From contig NC_092374.1 in the NCBI RefSeq assembly GCF_030028105.1, forward strand, positions 58,723,016 through 58,787,015: a DNA stretch of 64,000 nucleotides, given 5' to 3'. Of this stretch, positions 1-12,475 are shown piece by piece. A model generated the notes under the pieces. It was not told the DNA's origin. It searched no databases and was given only the letters and a program-made list of their open reading frames with translations. The DNA is from Mobula birostris (Eukaryota). Positions within the stretch are counted from its first letter, which is position 1. Each line of letters starts with the position of its first letter. The translations under genes were made by a program, and so were the position numbers.

Positions 1-199
1 AACTTCAGATTTTTAGCACCATGATATTTCACTATTGTCATTTAATTACATTCACTTTTTTGTTTAAACAAAAACATGGATTGCAACTGTGCAGCAGTTT
101 AGGTGGCTACACTAGCATGTCAACAGGTGGCCAGATGGAAAAAATTTCAAATGTACTCTCCATTTAACCACCATTCCAGAGGATATGCCTTGATGTTGA

Positions 200-605
200 T
201 AACTTCAAGGGAGAGAGTAAAGAGCACAAAGTTCCTTGGTGTGCACACAAAGTTCAATTTAACCTGGACCCACAATACCTCATTAGTCAATAAGGAACAG
301 CAGTGTCTACATTTTCTGAGGAGATTGAGGTGTGCAAGGCTCTCTGCCCCCATTCTAACAAATTTCTACAAGAACACCATCAAGAGTGTCCTCTCCCGCT
401 GGAACATTGTGTGACACGGAACTGCAAGGCATCGTACCATAAGACCCTGCTGAGGATTCTAAAAAAAACGCAGAGAGGATTACTCAGGCCACACACCCCC
501 TTATCTGTGACATGTACTGGGAGCTTTGGATACAAAAGGCCCTAAGCATTGTTGAGGATCCCTATTACCCATCCCACAATCTCTTTAACCTACTACCATC
601 AGTAA
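200..605 (+). mobile_element. Rex1/Babar-type LINE 3' fragment, interrupted by a CR1 and resuming at about 3965-4110
   Basis: KFLGVH...LTWTHNT...QQCLHFLRRLR...ILTNFYKNTIKSVL and DPYYPSHNLFNLLPS motifs, similar to the C-terminus of ORF 49668-50828. Confidence 0.65.
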
Positions 606-3600
606 GGAAAGTGAGGGAGAGCAGCCAGATACATATTGATACCAATGACATAAGAAGGAAAAGTAAAGGGGTCCTGAAAAGAGAATTTAGAGAGCTGGGT
701 AGAAAGCTGAGAAGCAGGAACTGCTGGGTAGTAATTTCTGGATTGCTGCCTCTGCCATGTGCCAGTGAGGGTAGAAACAGGATGATTTGGCATATTAATG
801 CATAGCTGAGAAGCGGGGCAGGGCTTCAGGTACTTGGACCATTGAGATCTCTTCCGAGGGAGGTATGACCTGTTCAAAATGATGGGTTGCACCTGAACCC
901 AAGGGGAACTAATACTCTCGCAGGCAGGTTTGTTAGAGCTGTTGGGGAGGGTTTAAACTAATTTGGTAGGGGGTTGGGAACTGGAGTGAAGGGACTCGGG
1001 ATAGGACGGATGGTAACAAAGCAAAGATAGTGTGCAGTCAGACTGTCAAGTAGGGTAGGCAGATGATAGGACATAATTGCAGCCAGCAGAGTGAGTATCA
1101 GTGCATTAGGGATGCAGAATCAAAAAGGCTACCAAATACAGTACTCAAAGTGTTATATTTCAATGCACAGATTATAAGAAATAAGGTGGATGACCTTGTT
1201 GCACTAATACAGATAGTCAGGTATGATGTTGTGGCCATCACTGAATCATGGCTGAAGGGTAGTTGTAATTGGGAGCTGAAAGTCTAAGGTTATACGTTAT
1301 ATTGGAGCGATAGGAAGGTAGGCAGAGGGGCTGGCATGGCTCTACTGGTAAAAAATAGCATTAAATCAGAAAGATGTGACATAGGAATGGGAAATGTTGA
1401 ATCCTTGTGGGTTGAGTTAAGAAACTGCAAGGGTAAAAGGATCTTGATGGCAGTTATATATAGTCCTCCCAACAGTAGCTCGGATGTGGACCGCAGATTA
1501 CAATGGGAAATAGAAAAGGTGTCTCAAAAATGTTATGATAATCATGAGAGATTTCAACATGCAGGTCAATTGGGAAAATCAGGTTGGAAATCCATCTCAA
1601 GAGAGTGAGGCTGTTAAATGCCTAAGAGATGGCGTTTTAAGAGCAGTTTGTCATTGAGCCTACTAGGGGATCAGCTATACTAGATCGGGTGTTATGTAAT
1701 GAACCAGAGGTGATTAAGGAGCTTAAAGTAAGAGAACCCTGAGGAGGCAGTGATCACAATATGATTGAGTTCAACTTGAAATTTGACAGGGAAGGAGTAA
1801 AGTCTGACATCCCAGTATTTCAGTGGAGTAAAGGAAGTTACAACGTGAAGAGAGAGGAGTTGGCCAAAGTAAATTGGAAGGAGATGCTGGCAGGGATGAC
1901 AGCAGAGTATCAATCATGCAAGTTTCTGGAAAAAATGAGGAAGGTGCAGAACAGATGTATTGCAAAAACAAAGAAATACTCAAATGGCAAAATAGTACAA
2001 CCTTGGCTGACAAGGGAAGTCAAAGCTAATGTAAAAGCAAAAGAGAGGGCATACAACAAAGCAAGAATTAATGAGAAGACAGAGGATTGGGAAGCTTTTA
2101 AAACCCTACAGAGAGCAACTGAAAGAATCATTAGGAGGGAAAAGATGAAATATAAATGCAAGCTAGCAAATCAGTATCAAAGTGGATAGTAAAAGCTTTT
2201 TCAAGTATGTAAAAAAGACAAGGACATGGCAGATGAACTAAATAAGTATTTTGCATCAGTTTTCACAGTGGAAGACGCTAGCAGTGTGCCAGGTGTTGAA
2301 GGCTGTGAGGGAAGAGAAGTGAGGGCAGTTACTATTACAAGGGAGAAGGTGCTCAAAAAAACTGAAAGATCTAATGGTACATAATTCACTCAAACCAGAT
2401 GAGCTGCACCCTAGGGTTCTGAGAGAGGTAGTGATAGAGATTATGGAGGCATTAGTAATGATCTTTCAAAAATCACTGGAGTCTGGCATGGTGACTGAAG
2501 ACTGGAAATATTGCAAATGTCACTCCACTCTTTAAAAAAAAGGACAGCAGCAGAAAGGAAATTATAGTCCTGTTAGCTTGACCTCTGGGTGGAAAGATGT
2601 TGGGAGTCAGTTGTTAAGGATGAGGTTATGGAGTACTTGGAGACACAGGACAAGATAGGACTAAGTCAGCATGGTTTCCTTAAGGGAAAATCTTGCCTGA
2701 TAAACCTTTTGAAATTCTTTGAGGAGATTACAAGTAGGATAGATAAAGGGAATGTAGTGGATGTTATATATCGGGACTTCCAGGAGGCCTTTGACAAGGT
2801 GCCACACATGAGACTACTTACCAAGTTAAGAGACCATGGTATTACAGGAAAGTTACTGGCATGGTTAGAGCATTGGCTGATTGGTAGGAGACAGTGAGTA
2901 GGAATAAAAGGATCCTTTTCTGGTTGGTTGCCAGTGACTAGTGGTGTTCTGCAGTGGTCTGTTTTGGGACTGCTTTTTATGCTGCATATCAATGATTTAG
3001 ATGATGGCTTTGTTGCCAAGTTTGCAGATGATATGAAGATTGGTGGAGGGGCAGGTAGTGGTGTGGAAATAGGTAGACTCCAGAAGGACTTAGACAGATT
3101 AGGAGAATGGGCAAGAAAGTGGCAAATGAAATACAATGTTGAAAAATGCATGGTCAAGCACTTTGGTAGAAGAAATAAATGTGCAGACTATTTTCTAAAT
3201 GGGGAGAAAATTCAAAACTCTGAGATGCAAAGGGACTTGGGAATCCTTGTACAGAACAACCTAAAGGTTAACTTGCAGGTAGAGTCAGTGGTGAGGAAGA
3301 CAAATGCAAAGTTAACATTCATTTCATGAGGTCTAGAATACAAGAGCAGGTATGTGATGCTGAGGCTTTGTAAGGCTCTGGTGAGACCTCACCTTGAGTA
3401 TTGTGAATAGTTTTGGGCTCCTCATCTAAGAAAAGATGTGCTGGCATTGGAGAGGGTTCAGAGGAGCTTCAGAAGGACGTTTCTGGGAATGAAAGGGTTA
3501 TCATATGAGGAACGTTTGATAGCTCTGGGTCTGTACTCCTTGGAATTTAGAAGTATGTTGGGGGTGGGGGAATCTCATTGAAAGGGTGACCATTCAAATG

Positions 3601-3965
3601 TTGAAAGGCCTAGAAAGACTAGATTTGGAAAGGATAGTTCCCATGAAGGGGGAGTCTAGGACAAGAGGGCACTGCCTCAGGATAGAGGGGCACCCATTTA
3701 AAATAGATGCGGAGAAATTTCTTTAGCCAGAAGGTGGTGAATTTGTGGAATTTATTACTGCAGGCAGCTGTGAAGGCCAGGTTGTTGGGCAGATTTAAGG
3801 CAGAGTTTGGCAGGATGCGGCATCAAAGGTTATGGGAAAAAGGCCGGGGAGTGAGGCTGAGGAGGGGAAGAAAGGATCAGCCATGATTGAATGGCGGAGC
3901 TGACTCGACGGGCCAAATGACCTAATTCTGCTCCTGAGTCTTATGGTGCTGTGGTCTTATGGTCT
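606..3965 (+). mobile_element. Degenerate CR1 LINE (ORF1 esterase C-terminus, ORF2 endonuclease and RT, 3' tail)
   Basis: HIDTNDI...VVISGLLP (SGNH-like), VLYFNAQ...DVVAITESWL (endonuclease), QHGFLKGKSCL, DFQEAFDKVPH, KFADD; TTATGGTC-type tail. Many frameshifts and stops. Confidence 0.9.
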
Positions 3966-4749
3966 AGGAGGTGCAGGAGCATCTGGGCTAAAACAGCCAG
4001 ATTAGATAACAGCTGTTTCCCTCAGGCTATTGAATACTCTGCCACCACCGAGGTCTTGTCGCAGGACAGTGAGCTATTTACTGTTTACCTGTGCTGTGCA
4101 CTTCATGCATTTTGACACACAAAATGAAATACAGCAGACTGCAGGTAAAATCACAGAGCGGAATACATACCATGGAACTCAGTCACAAACCTGCAGAGCT
4201 CAAGAATTCCAGCTTTTACAAACATACAAAATCATGATCAGTTGGCACTGTAAGATCCTGCTGCTGACAAACTACAGTGGCTGTACAGCATCTTTATTTC
4301 TGGGCAGACACTGAACCATGTCTGATATGGAGCTCCAACTTTTAGGAATATCTTGAAGGGGTTCTCATTTTGTCTATTTGCTGTTAGATATACCTCCAGT
4401 GATGTCCTGTGAGCTAGACTGTGTTTGAAATGGCCTGTCAATTTTCTACATTTTCAAAGCCACCATCAGAGACACCTAAGGTAATGAATCATTGCAGACT
4501 GTGAGCAATAGCTGATGTGTTCAAAGGCAAATGGCTCGCTGCACCTTTCACATTTAGTGTACCTTTGATACTAATTATTGCTTTTCATTTAATATTTCAT
4601 CCTTTTGCAACATCCAAGAACTATAATGCACACTTTTTATTGATAACTTACCATTAAAGCAAATGATTGTCAAGTCTATAGCATCAATCAGGTGTACTAT
4701 GACTGCAAGAAAACATATTACCCAAGGGTGTTCAATAAACTCCAGTCAA

Positions 4750-5900
4750 AGCAATGGCTACAATCTATATCACTGCCATATGTCATGAAATTTGTTGTTT
4801 TGTGACAGCAGTGCATTGTAATACATAGTAAAACAAAAACCTATAAATTAGAAGTATATTTTATATACAAAATTAAATTAAATAAGCAGTGCAAAAAGAT
4901 GGGAAAAATACTCAGGCAGTGTTCATGGCTTTATTGTCCCTTTAGAAACCTGATGGTCAGGAGAAAAAGCTGTGTCTGAAATGTTGAGTGTGTCTTTAGG
5001 CTGCTGTGCCACCTGCCTGATGATAGTAATGAAAAGAGGACATGTCCTAGGTGATGGGGGTCCTTAATGATGGACACTGCCTTTTTGAGGCATTGCCTTT
5101 TGAAGCTGTCCTGGATGCTGGGGAGGCCAGTGCCCATGATGGAGCCTGCTGAGTTTACAGCTTTTTCATGTGCAGTGCAGTGGCCCCTCCATGCCGGACA
5201 GTGATACAACCGGTTAGAATACTCTGCACAGTACATCTGTAGAAATTTATGAGTGTTGTTGGTGACATATCAAGTCTCTTTAAACTCAGAATGAAACATA
5301 GCTGCAGTTGTGTCGACTTTGTAATTGCATCAGTATGCTAGACCCTGGATAGATCCTGAGATGTTGACACCCAGGAACTTGAAATTGCTCAACCTTTCCA
5401 CTTCTGATCCCTCAATGAGGACTGGTTTGTGTTCCCTCAACTTTTCCTTCCTGAAGTTCACAATCAATTCCTTGGTCTTACTGATGTTTAGTGCAAAGCT
5501 GTTGCTGTAACACTCTCAACCAGCTGATCTACCTCACTCTTGTATGCCTCCTCATCACCATCTGAAATTCTGCCAATGATAGCTGTGGGCAAATTTATAG
5601 ATGTTTCAGCTGTGCCTAGCCACACAACTGTAGGTTAGAGCGTAGAGAACTGGGCTAAGCAAGCATCCTTGAGGTGCACCAGTGTAGATTATCAGCAAGG
5701 AGGAGATGCTCTGAGGGTGTGATAGTGTTGAATGTCAAGATGTCAATAAACAGCAGCCTGACATGGGTAATGCTATTGTCCAGGTGATCCAAGGCCAAGT
5801 GGGAAGCCAATGAGATTGCAAGCACTGTAGACATACTGTGGTGATAGGCAAATTGCAGCTAGTCCAAGTCCTTGCTTAGGCAAAAATTGATTCTAGCCAT
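4750..5900 (-). mobile_element. Rex1/Babar-type LINE, RT and 3' part
   Basis: Minus-strand CLKKAVSIIKDPHHLGHVLFSLLSSGR motif and RT remnants. Confidence 0.7.
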
Positions 5901-5904
5901 GGCC

Positions 5905-7790
5905 AACCTCTAAAAGCAGAGGGAGGTAGTCACCTCTACCTGCAAGAGGCAGGCAACCAGGTGACTGTCAAGATCGTTCTCCTCAATAATGTCACTTTGG
6001 ATGCTTTTGGGAGGGCCAACCTACCAGGAAGAAGCCACAGCGAGCAAGTCTCTGGCAGTGTCTGGCTCTGTGGCTCAGAAGGGAAGCAGGGAGAAGAGGA
6101 GTGCAATAGTGTTCAAATATATAAAGAGTAAAAGGGAGGTGAGAGTGGATATCAGACTACTGGAAAATGATGCTGGAGAGGTAGTAATGGCGAAGGAACT
6201 TAAGTATTTTGTGTCACTCTCCACTATGGAAGACACTAGCAGTATGCCAAGAATTTGAAAGTGTCAGGAGGCAGAAGTGAGTGTTTTTGCTATTACTAAG
6301 AAGGTGCTTGGGAAGATGAAAGGTCTGAAGGTAGATAAATCACCTGGACCAGATGGACTCCACCCCAGTGTTCTGAAAGGGGAAGCTGAAGAGATTAGTA
6401 ATCATCTTTCAAGATTCACTAGAATCTGGGATGGTTCTGGGGGACTGGAATATTGGAAATATTACTCTACTCTTTAAGAAGGGAAGGAGACAGAAAAAAG
6501 GAAATTATATGCCAGTTAACCTCACTTTAGAGGTTGGGAAGATGTTGGACTCCATTATTAAGGATGAGGTTTGGAGTGCTTCAAAGCACATGATAAAATA
6601 GGCCAAAGTCAGCATAGTTTCCTTAAGGAGAAATCTTACCTGACAAATCTGTTGGAATTCTTTGAGGAAACAACGAACACAATAGACAAAGGAGAAGTCG
6701 GTGGGTGTTGTTTACTCGGATTTTCAAAAGAACTTTGACAAAGTGCTGCACATGAGGCTGCTTAACAAGATAAGATCCATTAGTATTACAGGAAAGATAC
6801 TAGCATGGATAGAAGATTGGTTGACTGGCAGGAGGCAAAGAGTGGGAACAAGGGCCCTTTTCTGGATGGCTGATGGTGACTAATGGTTTTCCGCAAGGGT
6901 TGGTGTTGGGAATGCTTCTTTTCACGTCATATGTGAATGATTTAAATGATGGAATTGATGGCTTTGTGGCCAGGTTTATGGACGATATGAAGATAGGTGG
7001 AGGGGCAAGTAGTGTTAAGGAAGCAGGGAGACTGCAGGAAGATATAGACAGATTTGGAGAATGAGCAAAGAAGTGGCAGAAAGAATATAGTGTAGGAAAG
7101 TATATGATCATGCACCTTGGTAGAAGGAATAAAGGCATATCCTCGTGCAGGCTTCCTTGAAGGTTAACTTGTTGGTAAGGAAGTCAAATGCAATTTTAAC
7201 ATTCACTTAGAGAGGACTAGAATATAAAAGCAAGGATGTAATGCTGAGGTTTTATAAGGCATTGGTCAGATCATACTTGGAATATTGTGAGCAGTTTTGG
7301 GCCACTTATCTAAGTAAAAATTTGCTGGCTTTGGACAGGGCCGAGAAGAGGTTCACGAGAATGATACTGGGAATAAAACGGTTAAAGTATGAGAAGTGTT
7401 TGATGTCTCTGAACCCTTACTCGCTGGAGTTTAAAAGAATGAGGTGAGATTTCATTGAAATTCATCTAGTATCAAAAGGTCTCGATAGAGAGGATGTTTC
7501 CTATAGTGGGTAAATCAAGGATTAGAGGGCACAGTCTTTGACTAGAGGGATGTCCATTTAGAACAAAAATGAGGAGGAATTTCTTGAATCAGATGGTAGT
7601 GAACTTGCAGAATTTGTTGCCACATGCATTGAATATATTTAAGGCAGAAGTTGATAAGTTTTCGATTAGCAAGTGTATCAAAGGTTACAGGGAGAAGGTA
7701 GGAGAATGATGTTGAGAGATAATAAATCAGATCTAATGGAATGATGGAGCAGATCTGATGGGTCCCCTATGTCTTTTGGTCTTATGGTCT
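5905..7790 (+). mobile_element. Degenerate CR1 LINE
   Basis: KSPGPDGLHP, DFQKNFDKVLH, GFPQGLVLG, RFMDD, FYKALVRSYLEYCEQFW; TTATGGTC tail. Confidence 0.88.
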
Positions 7791-7794
7791 TTTG

Positions 7795-8975
7795 TTCTGA
7801 CATCTGCCTCCAAGACAGAGATTACAGGGTCATCAGTTGCTGCACGTATTTGCACAGGTGTAGTTACATTCTCCCCTCAAAGCATGCACGAAAGGCATTC
7901 AGTTCATCTAGGAGTGAAGCATCACAACCATTTATGATATTAGGTTTTATAAGAAGTAATAGCCTGCAAATACTGCCAGAGCTGATGTGCATCCGATTGC
8001 ATCTCGAACCTCAATCAGAATTGTCTTCTCACTCCTAAAACCACAAGTTGTATCTGGGGATGTTGTATAGTTCTGGGTCACCAGTCTTGAATGCCATAAA
8101 TCTAGCCCCAGCAGACTACAAATCTCCTGGTTTATCCAGGACATTTGGTTTGGTTATGTCTGATATGTTCTTAAAGGCACTACTTATCCACACAGGTCTT
8201 GCCGAAGTTGATAACTGTGGCGTACTCAGACCCAAATGAATCCCTAAATATTGTCCAGTCCACCAACTCATATAAGTCTTGTATGCACTCCTTCGCCTCC
8301 CTTGACCATACCTTCTTGGTCCTCACCACTGATGCTGCCGTCTTTCGTCTCTGCCTATATCCTGGGAGTATAAGTACAGCCAGATGATCAGACTTGCCTA
8401 AGTGCGGGTATGGGATGGCACGGTAACCATTCTTGATGGTGGCATTAGTGGTCAAGTGTGTTAGCTCCTCTGGTTCCACAGGTGATACACTGGTAGTAGT
8501 TACATAGAACAGTACAGGCCCTTTGGCCCACAATGTTGTGCCAACCCTTAAACCCTGCCTCCCATATATCCCCCTACCTTAAATTCCTCCATATACCTGT
8601 CTAGTAGTCTCTTAAATTTCATTAGTTGTTCAGACTATTAGTTGAAATCTCCCACGATGATAGCAAGGGCATCAAGATGTGCAGTATTGTGCCTGCTGAT
8701 TACGTTTCTTAGCTCCTCCAGTGTTGCCTGACGTTGGCCTAAACTGGAATGTACACTGCTACCAGGATGACAGCAAAAAACACCCAGAAGATAAAATGGA
8801 CAGCATTTGACTGCTTGGTGTTCCAGTTCAGCTGAACAGGACTAACAGAACTGACATGTTTGTACACCACAATGAGTTAATCATACAGCACACTCCATCT
8901 CCTCTGCCTTTAAGACTCAGCTCTCCTGTCTTTGCAGAGAATCGTGAAGCCATTGGAGTAGTGTACTTCTCAGAC
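7795..8975 (-). mobile_element. Rex1/Babar-type LINE endonuclease region, with a short CR1 3' end nested at about 8500-8625
   Basis: YRAIPYPHLGKSDHLAVLILPGYRQ...KVWSRE...DWTIF motif. Plausibly the upstream part of the element at 4750-5900. Confidence 0.65.
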
Positions 8976-8984
8976 AACAGCAAC

Positions 8985-9660
8985 TGCATGTGGAGGCAAA
9001 TAGCCTAGTGGCAGGGTGTCAAGAAACAAACATTCTCTCGATGTCAGTAAATGTGATCTAGTCATTAACTTCAACAAGAAGGCAGAGCATATGCCTGTCT
9101 CCATCAATTGTGCTAAGGTAGAGATGATTGAGAGTTTGAAGTTCTGAGGTATAAGTACCACCAATAACTAGTCTAGCTTCAGCCACATGGATGCTATAGC
9201 TGCAAAACGCTCACCACCACCTCTACTCCCAAGGAAAGGATAAAGGCTAAGGAAATTTGGCATGTCCCCATGACTCAGAAATTTTCATTTGATGCACCAT
9301 AGAAAGCATCTTATTCAGGTACATCACAGATTGACATGGTAGCTGCATTGCTAAACTGCTCCACAGACCACAAGAAATTGCAGAGTTGTAAGCATAATAA
9401 AGTCCATCACACAAATCAGCCTCCTCTCTAGTGACCCTGTCTACATTTTCCGTTACCTTGGAAAAACCGTCAACATCAAGACCCCACCCATTCCGGTCAT
9501 TCTCTCTTCTCCCCTCCTATTGGCCAGAAGATAAACAAATCTTGAGAACAGATGCCACCATCTGCTGTGAAGAGAACTTTGAACATACACTAAAGAGTAT
9601 TGATTTCTCAGTCTACCTGGTCATAGCCTTGCCACTTTATTCCTCTACCTGCACTGAAAT
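8985..9660 (+). mobile_element. Old Rex1/Babar-type LINE 3' fragment
   Basis: Remnant VESLKFxGI and LRKFGMSP-like motifs. Confidence 0.55.
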
Positions 9661-9689
9661 TTCTTGATAAGTTACTTGTTATTTTTCTT

Positions 9690-10104
9690 AAGTGTTAAAA
9701 GTGCAAAATTCACTGACAGTGGCCATACAAAGTTGTGAAGAAAGCATTCTGCATGTTGGCTCTCATCAGTCAAGCCAACAAGCTTAGGAATAAGGACTCT
9801 CTGTTGGGAGTTATACAAGCCGTTATGAGGCTAACCTTGAGTTTTATGTAGGTTTGGTCACCTTGTTATAGGAAAGGCATTGTCAAGCTGGAGAGAATGC
9901 ATAAGAGATTTACAAGGATGCTGCCTGTACTAGAGAGCCTGAGTTATAGGGAGAGCTTGGTCACATTGGATCTTTATTTCTTGGCATTTAGAATGAGGGA
10001 TGACCTCATAGAAGCCTATAAAATCATGAGGGGTATGAGGTAACTTTTTTCCATAGGGAGTCTAAAGCTAGAAGGCACAATACAAAAGGGGAAAGATATA
10101 AAAA
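9690..10104 (+). mobile_element. CR1 3' fragment
   Basis: Similar to the RT C-terminal region of other CR1 copies (RFTRMLP..LSYRE). Confidence 0.7.
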
Positions 10105-10163
10105 ACACACACAAAATGCTGGTGGAACACAGCAGGCTAGGCAGCATCTGTAGGAAGAGGTAC

Positions 10164-10199
10164 AGTCGACGTTTCAGGCCAAGACCCTTCATCAGGACT
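10164..10199 (-). ncRNA. Minimal type I hammerhead ribozyme motif, intact core
   Basis: Minus strand reads AGTC-CTGATGA-A-GGGT-CTTG-GCCT-GAAAC-GTC-GACT: stem I AGTC/GACT, core CUGANGA and GAAA, short stem II, GUC cleavage triplet, palindromic ACGT in place of stem III. Confidence 0.75.
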
Positions 10200-10574
10200 A
10201 ACTGAAAGAAGAGGTAGTAAGAGATCTGGGAGGGGGAGATCCGAAATGATAGGAGAAGACAGGAGGAAGAGGGATGGAGCTAAGAGCTGGAAAGTTGACT
10301 GGCAAAAGGGATACCAGGCTGGAGAAGGGAGAGGATCATGGGACAGGAGGCCTAGGGAGAAAGAAAGGGGGAGGGAAGCACCAGAGGAAGATACAGTGAG
10401 GGACAGGGAGCAGAGAGAGAGAGAGAAATGGGAAAATATATATTTTTCTCCCTTTTTCAGCCTGGTATCCCTTTTGCTAATCCACTTTCCAGCTCTTGGC
10501 TCCATCCCTCCCCCTCCTGTCTTCGCCTATCATTTCGGATCTCCCCCCTTCCCTTACTATCTCTTCTTTCAGTT

Positions 10575-10610
10575 AGTCCTGACGAAGGGTCTCGGCCTGA
10601 AACGTCGACT
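10575..10610 (+). ncRNA. Minimal type I hammerhead ribozyme motif, intact core; predicted cleavage after 10606
   Basis: AGTC-CTGACGA-A-GGGT-CTCG-GCCT-GAAAC-GTC-GACT; same architecture as the copy at 10164-10199. Confidence 0.75.
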
Positions 10611-10680
10611 GCACCTCTTCCTAGAGATGCTGCCTGGCCTGCTGCGTTCACCAGCAACTTTGATGTGCGTTGCCAGTGTT

Positions 10681-10861
10681 CCCGCCCACATTTTGGTCCG
10701 GCCCATCCGAACAGTACGCATGCGCAAGCCTCTCGCTTTTACTTCCGGTCGTTTTCATGCCGGCGCCCGGTCAGGGTGAGCGTGCAGTACAGCCAGCCGT
10801 ACCCGAGGCAGGGCGCAACTAACAGACATTTGATGACAGCGTTAGCCTGCTGCCGGTGACA
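10681..10861 (+). promoter_or_regulatory. FXN core promoter / 5' leader
   Basis: GC box CCCGCCC at 10681-10687, NRF1-like TACGCATGCGCA at 10715-10726, ETS/GABP ACTTCCGG at 10741-10748. CpG-rich from about 10580 to 11230. No TATA box seen. Confidence 0.8.
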
Positions 10862-10981
10862 ATGGCAGGCATTCTGAACCGGAGTCGCCTCTGCCTCTGC
10901 CCAATGATCCAACAGTTTGCTCGCTACCCGAGGCCGACAGACATCAGGGGACTGCGGCACGCAAATAGCCGCTTTCCCAAG
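10862..10981 (+). CDS. FXN: Frataxin coding exon 1 (mitochondrial targeting presequence, MAGILNRSRLCLCPMIQQFARYPRPTDIRGLRHANSRFPK)
   Basis: ATG in strong context (ACAATGG). Arg-rich, acid-poor 40-codon peptide ending at donor AAG|GTGAGT (phase 0). Lies in a CpG-rich segment downstream of NRF1/ETS motifs and joins in frame to the later exons. Confidence 0.85.
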
Positions 10982-12189
10982 GTGAGTCCTTGATCCAGCT
11001 GCTGCTGTTTTATTGTTGTCTTTTTACGCCTCCATTCACGTGCTACTGGCTTTCCCGGCCGCTATTCCGCGCCCGACATTCCCTCAATTCCGCCCTCTCG
11101 GCTTCATCCGACCGGATGTCCCGCCCTCTTCTTGTTTTGCGATGTTATTGGTGCACCGTTGCCCCCGCGTGCCCCTGGAATCGTTGACGTCATGCTCGTC
11201 TGTTTAAGCCAATCGTGAGCGCTCTAAGCCAACTCACGGTCAACTCAACACCTGTCCTCTACCTCGGGCAAAACTCTCAATGCTGGGCAATTCAGCAAGT
11301 CAGGCAGCATTTATGGAGGGAATCTCTGTCTCACACGTATCTAGAACACGCCTTCTCTACACTCCACTCCGGTTTTTGTGGCTGGTTGATGGCCCATCAA
11401 ACAAATACAGTTCGGCAAATGTGAAAGTAGAAAGGCAGAACCATCATCTGGGGAAGAAAACTGATACTTTCGGTTTGTGTCATCACAGCTTTTGGCCATA
11501 TAATTAGTGTGCGTACTTGCTACAGAGGGAGTGCAACGACAATTTACCAAATGGTTCAAGGTATTCAAGATTAAAGATCGTTAAAAATCATTACACAGGG
11601 AGAACGAAATAATGGTTACTCCGGATCCGATGCAGCGCCAAAGACACACAAGAAGGAAAAGAACACAATAATTTTAAAAAACACAATAAACATTAATACA
11701 TAAGATAGATGTTGGGTTTGTTGTATGCAATAAGCTGGAGACTGCATTTTTCAGTTTAATAGAATGGAGGGAAGGGGAATCCAATAAAAACTTATGTTCT
11801 AAAAGGGCTCAAGAAGCTTGGTGAAGGGCGGCTGATTCTCCTACTCTTGGACTGGAGTATGGGGGTACACTTAAGAATGAGTAAGCTGCAAGTAACAGCC
11901 TTACTGAAACAGAAAGTGAAAGGCTAAATAGTGGACAAATGGAGAGAATGGAAAGAAAACAGCAGTTCACACAGAAGAAACCGAAAATCCTTCATTAAGT
12001 ATATAAGTGAGAATGAGAGAACAAATTGAATGGATTATGGATAGCAGTGGGCCAACAAGATTGCAACTACTGGCCTAGTGAGGTGTTTGGGAAGGATTTA
12101 ATCCTAATTGGAAAGGGGATAATCATGGTAGAGTGGACACATAATGGGGAGATGGAATTTAGAACAGTGAAGATAGAAGATTTAAACAG

Positions 12190-12475
12190 CGTTATTTGCC
12201 ATATGTACATCAAAACATGCAGTGAAATGCGTCATTTGCAACAACGGCCAACAATCAAGGGTTTGACAATTGTTGCCATACTTCCAGCACCAACATAGCA
12301 TGCCTATATCTTACTGTCCCTCACCGGACACCCTTGGGTTTGTGGTAGTAAACCAGATCACCCGGAGGAATCACACAGGGTCACAGGCAGAATGCACGAT
12401 TTCCTTACTGTTAGTGGCAGGAATTAAACCCCAATAACTGGTGCTGTAAAGCACTGCCCTAACGTCTACGCTATA
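12190..12475 (-). mobile_element. tRNA-derived SINE, V-SINE/HE1-like
   Basis: Reverse-complement V-domain-like AAACCAGATCACCCGGAGGAATCACACAGGGTCACAGG and a B-box-like segment. Confidence 0.5.

Larger units (their letters stand above)
10105..10672. mobile_element. Inverted pair of Penelope-like element terminal (pLTR-type) fragments
   Basis: About 10105-10322 is the reverse complement of about 10457-10672. Both resemble the 3' terminal region of the GIY-YIG-bearing element at 48490-49521. Confidence 0.75.

Noticed and set aside
10137-10859. Overlapping ORFs of 122-177 aa upstream of FXN
   Set aside because: They arise from the low-complexity purine/pyrimidine-rich inverted PLE arms and show no protein-family motif.
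10760-10861. Iron-responsive element in the FXN leader
   Set aside because: No CAGUGN-loop hairpin with the bulged C was found by eye.
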